In this document: positions 1-12,100 of the stretch, piece by piece
How the letters are laid out: every line of letters begins with the position of its first letter
How positions within the stretch are numbered: position 1 is the stretch's first letter
NCBI GenBank assembly: GCA_051362555.1
Contig: CM120641.1
Coordinates: forward strand, 18,786,001 to 18,850,000
Direction of reading: 5' to 3'
DNA length: 64,000 bases
From: Lingula anatina
Taxonomy: Eukaryota; Animalia; Brachiopoda
Notes under the pieces: generated by a model
What the model saw: only the letters and a program-made list of their open reading frames with translations
What the model was told of the DNA's origin: nothing
Database searches by the model: none
Made by a program: the position numbers and the translations under genes

Positions 1-155
1 GATCGGAAGGTTATCATGTTTGGTCAGTGCTTGAATGTCTAATGAGACTTTTATTATTTCCGATATCCTCCTGTAATTGTTGAATTTTGACATCTTTTTT
101 GCCATATATGGTATATTAATGCTAACCCATTATTGCTACCATTTTATGATTTAAG

Positions 156-3100
156 GTTCAGGTGTTGGTGTTAGAACAGTTCTTGGTAGCAAAGCAAGTG
201 ATTGGGAAACTTGTGAGGATTTAGATGATAGTATTGAATTACCAAGAGATGCCACAGAGGCAATTGGTAGGTTAACTTTCACTGATATGGATTATAAGTA
301 GTGTACTCTGATGAATTGATGCATAATCTGTTACTAATTTTAATTTAAAAATGTACAGTAGTAAATTGGAATAATGTTCCCAGTCCAGAATAAATCAATC
401 TTTAAAACCCTTTTTTGACAGCTTTTTTAATGAAAATGAAATAAATGGTTTACTTATTGTAATGCTGTCCTTATAAATTCATTACGGTTGCTTTTAGAAA
501 TGTATATTTGATGTGGAATTTTGTTGCTAAGATTATCAAATAAGATTGGTACAATCATGCCTGATTTGGACATCTTAATTTATGAAGAAAATCATCAGAT
601 AATCATTCTGAATAAAAAGTTAAATTTATCATAGATCATCATCACCATAGAGTAGCTTTCAGTGGGGAAGAAGGTGAAGACATCACCCTAGCCTTGAAAC
701 AAACTGCTCTGAAAACTTCAAGTTAGTACTTTTACCTACTCATACTGTAGTTCCACAAAAGTAACGGCTAAATTAATGAAAATGCCACTGAACCTATTAA
801 GATAAACCATATCTTAATGTCAAAACTTCTTTTAATCTATATTGATGGTTAAAAGCAGGTTAAAAGCAAGTATAACCTGTAATGTTTTTGCCTCTTTTTA
901 TTCTGTGAAAAACCCTTGTGATTTTAGAAAAATGTAGTCTGCATAGATTGACAAGAAGTCAGTTTCCCTTAGCTACAAGTACCAGAAAAGAAAATGTTTC
1001 CCCTGAACACAGAAATTCTACTCTTATTGACACAGATTGCGCCAAATCCATCTGTGATATTCCACCTCCAGAGTGCATGTCAACTATTCATGGTAAGTAG
1101 GGTGCAGTTCATTGACAAAAAAGGAATAGTTTTGTCAAGTTATTGAATTTATTATTTCATATGGTATTGTTTGGGGTTTTGTGGGTGAAGGGATAAATTC
1201 AATTACAACATAATGTTTTTTTTTTCTTTAAAAAGACATAGAGAATATCACACAGATTTATGTGTAAGGAAAGAAGAATTGTGGCAAATGTTTTTGCACT
1301 GAAGATTGAAAAGTGGTGGAAGAACAATATTGAGAACTTTTAATTTTGTCAGAATTATTTTTCAAAGGAGGCTTCGTTTATAACAGCTATTTGCATGATA
1401 GCACTAAACATCATTTGTTTTACTGCTTTTTAGAATTTCCAGGTTCTGCAACTGAAGAACAAAATACAACAGGACTGGCAATTTTTAAGAGAGATATTTC
1501 TTCAACACTTGCTGGTCCACAGAAAAACCAGTTACCTCTTGTATCAATACCATTGCCAAATATAGAGACATGTAACCTGCTTTGCAAACTGGAAAAGAAG
1601 AAGAGGAGAGCAGTTAAACAGTCCTTTGAATTATCTAATGACAAAGGGGATAATGTTCATAGTGAAAATAAAAATGGCAAGGAGTTGAAACCAGGACAGT
1701 GCTTCAATTCAACCTTGATTGGTGAGAAGGCAACCAATATTAAAGAAGTGAAAATCACACCTGATGTTTCTTCCATTACAGGTAACTAATCTGATACATG
1801 CACCTTATCAAAGGGACTGATTTGATTATTTTTTTGTCTGTTCTATTTCCATCTTTTAAGGTAGCATGCTACAATCTCTCTGTGAATAATGAATTAAATT
1901 ACTTCCTGTGTTCAGCTTTTGTTTTTACCACAAAGTTAAAAGAATACAGGTTTCCATATATGTGGCTTTTAATTTTCAGGGTCATTCCACGATTTTATTT
2001 TAAGGTTAGGGATTTCAAAAGAAGAAAAAATACATTTATTATAAATTTACTTTGCATATACATATTGCTTTGCAGACATTTTGTGTTTCTTTTTCTAGGT
2101 TTTCTCTCAAATAAGCAAAGTGTATCAAAAAGCACCAAGTCAGCTGAGATTAGAGAAAAGGCTGCCTTTGTAAAGGGGGATGAATGTATGGCAGACAGCG
2201 CTACATGCTTAGGTTTGCAAAGATGTGCATTAAGTCTGATAGGTAGCTCAATTTCTGTTGGAAATGTGATTTTTGTCATTTCTTTATTTAAACCAACCAA
2301 GCGGTAGAACGATGTATGCTAGTCAGCCAGTCATATTTTACATATAATTTAGTCTAATTGGAAACATTGTGTCTCCTAAATTCATGAAGACTTTGGCTGA
2401 TCTTCTTAGAATACAGGTGGAATTCTATTCAGACTTATCACATAATCTGCAACACCGTCAGTTAGTTTTGATTCTAAGTCCTGTATTTGATAAAAAAACT
2501 TTATTTATGTAAACTAATGTAAATTGATATATGAAGCACTTTTTGCATCTAAAGTTTTGATAATAAAAAAGAGTTGTTCCTCTGACTGAAAGCGAATATT
2601 ATTTGTAACTATCCAATGAAAAATTTTTAAATTATTTTAAATAAGATTAGATGGTCATTCTGCATCAACTGGTAATAATATTAAAACTCAAACAATTAAA
2701 ATACTTTTAACACATGGTAGTTTTCTCAAACATTTTTTCTCTCAAAAACTGATTTTGACTGGAAAAAAATGGGAGATAGTATTGTATGTGCAAAGATGAC
2801 TTTAGGGCAGCTGTCCCCCAGCAGGATTATTGCCTACCAACTCCCTTTCCTAAGTATATTTATAATATGCAACTCCAGAATAAGTACTACTTTGGAAATA
2901 GGAGATGACTATTATGAATGAACTGAATTTGAAATTGATAACATTTTAGAATTGGATTGTCATCTTGGTCAGCAGAAGAAAACAGAACAGTGTTTCAATT
3001 CCACATTGATCAATAATCAAGCAATCAACATAAAGGAAGCCAATGTCATGCCAGATCTTTCATCAATTGCTGGTAAGTTGTCTTCAATGAAAGTGGACTC

Positions 3101-6100
3101 ACATGCATTTTTTCTTAAAAACAAAATTTCATATCTTTTTGATACAAGTCATATTTTTTTCAGAAGCCAGTAGTGATATGTTTCCATCAGCAGTTATGAA
3201 ACAGTTGATAAGTGAAGTGACACCTAATAAACCCTCAGTTTCAAATGTTAATGGATGTTTGTAAGTACCCGAGACCACCTGCACATTCAAGCTTTATGGA
3301 GAGAATGAGATCCTGCAAATTATTGCTTTTACTAGGAAGTAAAACTGCTTTGACCCCAATACTGTGCCTATTATACATGCACAACATTTTTGCATGGTAG
3401 TTTTTGCCAGTATTTTTAATGTTTTCCAATTTTATAGATTATATTATTGCTATATCTTGTATACAGATACTTTGTGTCTTTAGAAATTCTGATCATTAAG
3501 TCTGTCTGGGTTGCACTGTTGCTGACTCATCTCTTGTTTATCCCATAACTGCCAAACTATATATTTGTTTTTCTTCAAATTTTCAGTGTCTTTGGTTGGT
3601 AAAAAATGTTCCTTTCAAAAATCAGAATGTTTTTGGATTATTTTTTCAAAAGTGATTAATTTTTATGTACAGATATAGATGTGTCAGTACATATAGCCGT
3701 CACCTGCCCCTGTCGTCCCCGTTGTCGCCATGCACTTTCAGTGATATCACGATAAGTGAAAAAACCCCTTCTCTTAAAAATTACTGAACAGATGAATATT
3801 CATAAAATGCAGGTAAAGTTTAAAAATCAGCTTGATTGGACCATTTTTACAAAAGTCATGCTTTTTTTCCAGCTCATTTTATCTACCATTATACCGATAA
3901 CATTTAAACTATGTCACATTTTGCTTTACAACTTGTGGGAATGATTCATAGGACTAATAAACAGATCATATTTAAAAATAACCTTGATCGGTTCAGTTTT
4001 GACGAAGTTATGCCTTTTTTTGTATGTACTAAATGGTTTTTCCTCAGATTCAGTTCTTAGGCAAGTTAACAGTCTCATTATTGAACTAATTAGATACGTA
4101 AAAGTGTTCTTTAGACATTTTCTGCATCTTAACAATATTGTTGATTACATAAAAATAATAGTAAGCCTGTAATCTTGTATTGTGTAATGAACTGTCAAAA
4201 ATGGAAATATACTCAAATGAGTGCAGTTTGTCAGATTTAGTCCTTCACTATGTTCCGAATCTCAGAAAAGAGCAAGTTGGGCATTTCAAACTGTTCTATT
4301 GATATTTTTTCCATCTCAGCAACTTTGTTACAGTAAAAACTTTTCGTTGTTTAAAAATTAATTGTTTAAAAATTAATTTATATTTTTAATTGCATAAATC
4401 CAGCAAAATTTTTCAAAATTATGTTTCCCCAACTCCTGGGTATGACGAAATTTTCAAAACTTCGACCTTCGGGCTTTTATCCTTATCGGCTTTTATCCTT
4501 GTTCCTCACATATTGTGGATATTTATCACTACTTCCAAGGTCACTTTCTGGTGGTAAATGATGATCTATATTTATTGGTGCTACTGGATTTCCTTATGTT
4601 ATCTTACCCAAAAAGAAAGTTGAGAATTGTTATTTCATTAAGAAACATACCTCCAGATGGAGGAGAGGGATCAAGCTAAACCTAATTGCTACCCCACATA
4701 ATACGGTAATGTTCCATGAATTTCGATCAGTAAAAAATAATTAAATTTGGGGAAAGATCATTTTGATTGAAATTCATGAAATAGAGGTGCTCAGAACTTG
4801 CAAACGTTCGAATTTCATGGAATTCTTTCAATTTTGACCGGAAGTTGTCTGTTTGTCGTTAGGCCTTATGTTCCCTTCTCCTGATGATCTATCTAGAGTT
4901 ACCGTAATGTCTGATTAGTGAGTGTCGGTAATTGCGCCAAATTATATATACGCCCGAGCACTTAGTGTGGGGTCCAGAGTGCGAGATATCGATCGGTATG
5001 TTGGCTGGGGATGCAAATCGCCATCATAATCACCAGGGCCCAGTTTTATAAAGGACGTTTAGCACTAACCAGTGGATAAGCCTAACCAGTGGATAAATTC
5101 TCCTAACACCCATTAACTAAAAGATGGTTAAATTTTGTTTTATATACAGTCTTCTGACAGAAAACAGCCAATTAGTTAACTAGCCAGTGTTTAACTGGAT
5201 TAAATAATTATTTAAAGGTCATTTTACTAACAAACTATTTAGGCCTGGTTAGAGTTAAACACTGGTTAGTGCTAAACGTCCTTTATAAAACTGGGCCCAG
5301 GCTATTGAACTTAACTCTAGCCGCAGTGCGAGAATATAATGTTTGTTTTGCTTTATGCGCACAATAGCATTGTCAACAGTACGGGAATTGAAAGTGTACA
5401 ATTTTCCTTCGGTCATTTGTGCACATCATTTTTAAGATCTACCTGACAGGCACCCTTTGCAGTTGTCTTTTTTTTCATTTTTAGTAAACCAAATTACTAA
5501 TTTCACATATTCAGATATTGTTGTTTTCCTTATTCATTTAAGTTTCTTTCATCTCTACCATGGAAATTATTTAATCTTTGTTTTTAATAAGTTTTTTTTA
5601 ATGCCCTTTTTTATAAAGTTAAGATGTTTATTGTGACATGTGACTACTTTTTTTAACTATTACTAATCATAATAACAATAATAATAAGTTTATAATAACA
5701 ATTTTATTGGACACTTACACATTTTAATTTTCTTTGTATTTCGTTATAACGTTATTATTGTTCAAGGCCACTAACACAATTTCTTAAATAAAATAAATGA
5801 AAAAAAAAAACATCTAAAGACTGACACGTTATTATTGTCCAACGTTACTATTACATCATCTTAAGTAAAATAAATGAAAAAAAGTAATTGTAAAGTGTGA
5901 CTCGTTAATTATTGTCGTAAATTCATACTGTCAGTTTGATTCTTTTTATCACTGAGTTAATGTTTACATACAGTCTCTAAAGGGGTTTCTGTCATTGATG
6001 TCGTCAGGGGTGAACCCGAGGAACTCCTCCCCATCGCTGCCCAAAAACGGATTGGACAGATCCTCAGGTTCTCCCCCAAGTGCTGGATTGATGCCAGTGG

Positions 6101-9100
6101 CATCGAAACTAAGTCTTATCATTTCTGGGGGGATGGGTGACCATGCGTCATTAATCCACTCGAGCACTTGTTCCTTCGAAGCTGTTTGGATCTTGTCGAT
6201 GCTACCCCCAGCCTTGATGATGGCTTCTACGGAACTCCACATCCTCTCTGACCACAGCCTCCGTAAATTCCCCTTGAACAGCTTGTTCAGGGACATGTCC
6301 AGAGGCTGGGCCAGAGAGGTACATCCTCCTGGGATGATGGCTGCCGTGGCGTTGGCCCATCTCAATTCTTTATTAACCATGTTGTGTGCACCGAGAAGGG
6401 GTCCAGGGCGTCTCTCCGTAAACAGTCAAAGAACTTCCTTTATCCACAAAAGCATCACCTCCTCCTTCATCCACCCAGTGGGATTGGCAGTTACGACCCA
6501 TCCAGGAGGTACAGTTATGTCCGGGTCTCTCTTCCCTAAAATGAAATTGGAAGAATTTAATGAACATGTGAAATGTAACATTTTTACCTAAAAGGTTTCA
6601 GCCAATGTTACAGGATTAAATGGTATAATCTCGACGCTAGCTGAGCTTCTCTGAAATTTAAGAATAAGTTACATAGCATTATTATGTAAAAAATCAGTGG
6701 CGTATACCAAGTGGTGGTTTGTTGTTAGATAAGATGCATTAAATTTTACTACATTGATTTGTTGGTAAGATCAAACGTATATTTATTTATTTAAATATGA
6801 TCACAGATGGCAATTTACGGCTGTCTGCCGTAACCGCCAGGACAACCATAAAATGCTTCTTTTCGGCACCACTGGAAATGATTTTCACATCTTTGTCGCC
6901 TCTTGTGTGCAATGTCTTTGCAAGCAGAAGATCAAAGATCTTAGGCACCTCATCCATGTTGATCACCAAACCTGACTCAAACTCCATTCCCTCCTGCACC
7001 TCTCCAAGGTATCTATGGAATACGGAAACTCTGTGCTGCACGTCTGCCAGCAGCCATTGACTGACCGTTGTGGAACTCCTCAAGCTGAGCTTTCGTCGAG
7101 CAGTGACAGACCATGGTGGCAGAGACAGGCAGAAATTGTTCTTGTTGACTCAGTACCCAAGTAAGGAGCTCCTCCTCTAAGTCTCCCAGCACTGGTTTCT
7201 TTCCAGATCCTTTGTAAAAATAGTATAATGTTAAACATTTGTATTTCATTGTTATTGCTTTTTGCTTCTTTTATTTCAAGAAATCGCTCATATCTGGTAT
7301 AATCTAAAATTCATGAGGCAAATTTCAGTTGGAAGATACTATTTATTAGTGTTCTATTTAATTGTTACATTAAATTATTTACAAGTGCTAATAATACAAG
7401 AAAAGTTTGCAAAATAACGTAGGAGTAGGTTTTAATTTCCACATTGATTGATTTTATATTTACCTTCTTTTCTCCCTGACTTCAATCGCTTCAAATCCTC
7501 TATTGCCAGTTCCCCCTTCCACGTGCTGATTGTTGACTTGGGTATGTTCATAGATTTTGAGATTGTAACAATGCCTTGAAGGGCTGCCAACTCTACAATT
7601 TTCCTCTTCTGAGCCATTGAGTATTATTTATATTTGCCGCGTTTTGCAGGAGAGTGGTCAAAGTCCAGATTTACATCGCGTGGCCATTTGCCCAGGTGTC
7701 CACGGGGTGATTCATCGGCGTTTTTCTTTGGGCATCCCACTGGTTTCTTCTTAGGTGCCTGCGGTAAAGGATCTGTTAGCTACCTCGAGGGAATAGTTTC
7801 GTCTATCGTTGCAACCTTTTAAAAAAAACTGTCTATTCTCTGTTGAGACTTAGTGAAGTGTGAGTCGTACTGGCCTTAATATTAGTTCAGGGGGTTTGAT
7901 TGCAATCAGGCTTTGATTCCACTCAAGATTTGATTGCCTCAAGCACTCAACTGCCAGTTCTTCAAAGGGATACCTGGGTTAATGAGATTATCTGTTTACC
8001 CCACCTCTACCTGGGGATGCACCTTGATTAACTGAAAGACAGGTAACGCGTTTAAGGAAATAGTAGATAAAGCAATAAAAAATGTAAGCAAGTTCATGAA
8101 AGAGTGAGAATAGATGAGTGAGAAACTGTCTATCCATCTGTCTATCCATCTGTTCACTGAAATGCATCAAGATTAAAGGCAGCCGTGTAATTTTTCTCAA
8201 TATCACATTTGTTATTCTTAACATGTTAGTCATTTCAGGAGGAGGATTGTCGGGGCCGGGGGGAGGGGGTATTGTCCACTGTCATCCCTACTAAGACTTT
8301 GATCGTGCATCCACATGACTCGCCCATAATGAAGCAACTTTTTGAAAAAAATACTCTTTACTCTGGCTTAAAAAGTAAAGGGATCTGCAGCTCTTTTAAG
8401 AAGATGACACTAATGTTTGTTCGTGACATTCTTAACAGCCTGACTTGACACCATTGTTTGGCATAAGTGGCACTTGCATAAGTGATTTGAAAGTGTGATA
8501 ATATCACAGGTACCAGAATGATGTAATTTTTTCTTCAGTCGACAGCTAATATTGAGACAGGTTTTACCTCCAATATTTCGATTTCTATCAGGACATCTTC
8601 AAGGAAAGAGGCTATTCAGGTGAAAAGCCTCTACTCAGGTGTACTTGCCTCCCCCCCCCCCCCCCCCAATTGTCTTAGTAAAGGGAGGATGCCACCATCA
8701 TTTCTGTTGAGACTGGCCCCTATCTTTTTGATGTGGATGGCTTCTAGGACTTTTCTGTAATTTTCCCTTGCCTCACTGTCAATCACCTTGATTTTGTCGA
8801 TTATAGGACCATATGCAACTTTATGTCCGGATTGTTCCTCATGCTGGCTTAATGATGACTTGCTGTCTCTATTATTGACAGATCTTGTTGTATATGGCCT
8901 GGTCAAGGTGGCCCAAAGACCCATTAGACAGCAATGAAAAGTGTGGAGTTGTCTATGAAATGGAATGTGAGGGGTATGGTGAGAAATATATAGGCGAAAC
9001 TGGAAGATCAGTGTCAGAGAGAATAGCCGAACACCAAAAATGTAGTCAGTATGCTCAACGGTGGCCAAAGCAATTAATTCGTGTCTCAGTATAAGGCGTC

Positions 9101-12100
9101 CTCTGTGCATCCTTTGAACGACCGAATCTTGATTTTATCTGTAAAATTGCGAGCGACCTGTGCATCCACTGAGCGACCTGTCTGCCTCTCCTGTGCGTCC
9201 CCTGTGCAACCCACGGCATCCATTGCAATGTTTGACGACCATTGAGTTTCCTTGCTGCGTTCTCTGTACCTTCATCGGCAATCAGTGGCGTCCATTCTAC
9301 GATCATTCTGCATCCTGCTTGACCGATAACGTTGTTTGGGCGTCTTTCTATATATTCTAACTCATATTTTTTCATCGGTTCTGACCAGGTCATCCAATTA
9401 AGAACATTTCCAGAAAACAAAACAAATAAATGGGAACAAACGCTTTAAACTACAGTGATACAAGGTCTGCATGGACTGATAATAAGCCAGATGCTCATTG
9501 TTATCCTTATAAAAAGGATGGACAGGCGCCGAAAACGAGAAAGTTTGACTGACACAACATAGAATGTTTGAATCCCTTTTCAGATGACGCATTCTTCACA
9601 AAGTTTTGACAATTACTGCATCTTGTAAAAAAGGCAAAATATTCATTTTATAATAACCTACAAAAAATGGATCTGTTCATGAATTTTAGGAGAAAAAGCA
9701 ATCGGAGGCTGATATGAGACCACTGTTGCCCTTAGAATTTCTGTCTGGTGAAAAATACCTCAGCACGGCCCCGTTTGAGAGTAAAACAAATAATATTCTA
9801 CCGAACACAAGACGATCTTCGAGTTTTCATTCTGCAACCAAAGCGATGCTTTGTACCTCCTTTCTACGACAGCAGTGATGCTAGTGCATCTTCTGTAGGT
9901 CCATTGAGCGACCTTGCAGCATCCATCTTCTATCACGTTCTCTTTGGGATTGTTTTGAACATGCTCAAAACTTTGCAGCGTCCATGGTGTCCTCGGCGAT
10001 GCTTGAATGTTCTTTGTGTGATCTTGGTGATCACTGTGCGTTCTTTGAGCGTCCGATGGCGTCCTGGCCAGTTTCATGGTCGCAGAAAGGACGCCGTCTA
10101 GTGTAAAGGGGGTTTAAGCAGCTAGGTACAGTCGTCGATGTCAAATCAATAGATGCTATCTAAGAAAACGCGTGAAAAATAAGTGTGTGTACATTTTACA
10201 TAGGCCTATCCTACTGTAGTGTAAGGCTACCAGCTAGGTAGGGAAATTTCTTTAACAGAGTACCTTAGTTTTCCTACCTTTTATAGTATGGTTTCTTCAA
10301 TGAACTTTTCTACAGAGGATATAAGTTCATTTTGGAAGCTATATGACAAGAAGAAGTCAACATTTCATAAGTGCAACCTCTAAATTTATGAAGTTTTATT
10401 GTCAGTTTTCAACTTCCACCTTTTTTCTGCATTTTTGAAAGGTATGACAATTAAAATAATAATAATTATTTATTTCAGACCTTTCAAATTTGTCATTATT
10501 CATGGGCGTAACCAGGCATACGCACAGATGTAATGTGCTTACAATTTTTGTGGCCAACCATGATATTATTTTCTATAAATTCAGTGTATTTTCAGGGAAT
10601 AATATTGAAAATCCTCTTCAGTTGTAAGTTACGTCACCTGAATGTACAAATCCTCTGTATAATTTATATATGTACCAATGTTCTGACCCTTCTAGTTTGC
10701 TTTCACAGAACTAAGGTACACAATACCAGTTACCATCAGAAGTCCTATCTTAACAGTCCATCTAGCTGGAACTTCCTTTACCTCTTAATTAGAGGGTTAA
10801 GTGCCCTTCAGCTCTCTGATAGCCTTTGTCTTGAGTGTATCGAACATGCTCTTGCTGGCGATATTTATCTCAGGTAAAAATCTTCCTGTGCGGTATTTTC
10901 AAAGAGCAGTGCCAGCAGACCTGGGGACACTAGATAAAATCTGTACATCGGGCTATACAAGGAGCCAGAGAAACAAAGGATGATTGATTTTTCCTGCAAA
11001 GCTTCAAAGAATTTTTACACGGACTTGATCCAGCTTAACCCTCCAAAGTAACAGGGTGGCAGGGGTAATTTTTACAATTACAAACAAATAAATAAACTGG
11101 GTGAAACCATGCACTGTTTATAAGTTCAACTTAGAGAAGCTGACCATGGATATCACAAAGTGGATATCAAGAAGAATAGTACAACGATCAACTGCTTTTC
11201 AGATCATTTTCTGAGAGCTCAGGACAACTGCAGCAAACCACATTGAACAGCAGTACTGCACTGTTTTTCAGAATTTAGTTCGATACAAGCAGGCACAATC
11301 TGCATGAGTGCCCAAAGTTGGTGTCATTAAGCCCCTAGCAGAATAAATGTGGACTAATCCCAGCGATCCGTCCAGCCGTCATTCGGACTGCCACTGACAT
11401 CACCGGGCGGCCTATATTTTCAAAGATGGCTAGAGGGCTGACAAATTTTTTTCTTTTTTTGAAAAATGACGTCTTGGTTTGTCGGGGCGGCTGTGGACGT
11501 TGTAATTTGACACACCCAGCTTTTATGATGAGTCACAGTTGAATGGTTCTGCTTTGATTTATAGTGCACGCTGTTCTTCAGACATGATGAAACTACTTAA
11601 TTTGTAATCCTCCCTCCCCGTTGAATTTATTTATTTATTTATTTTTTTTATTTTATGAAAGGCTTAGCATCGGGTGAAAGGCTTACCATCGACTTCGATG
11701 ATAAAGTAGGAAAAAGGGTAGACCCATATTGCATCAGTGTGAAACGCCAGGACCTGAAATCAACCACAAAGAATTTCATAACAGTGAGTCACTTCCCTAA
11801 CGAAATTTCCAAGGTTTGTTATTTCTTCGTCATGAGTGGAGGCGAAATTACAGTAGAAGTCACGGGAAGGCAGCGACGATCCAAGAGCAGTAAGGGCAGC
11901 ATGGAAGTTCCATGTCTTTTGACGTTCTCATCCCAGAACGCTAAGATGATGAGGAAATTAAAACGCCTCCTTGGAGAAACCAGTCTATTGGTGAAACCAG
12001 CTGTTTTTCTATACCAACGGCCCTTAATTTTTAGGGCCACGTCAGAGTAATGAAAAGCTGTGCCAAATTGTTACTGTTACTAACAATCACTTTTAATATT

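Noticed and set aside
5995-6591. 198-aa plus-strand ORF
   Set aside because: Antisense shadow of the pogo transposase exon.
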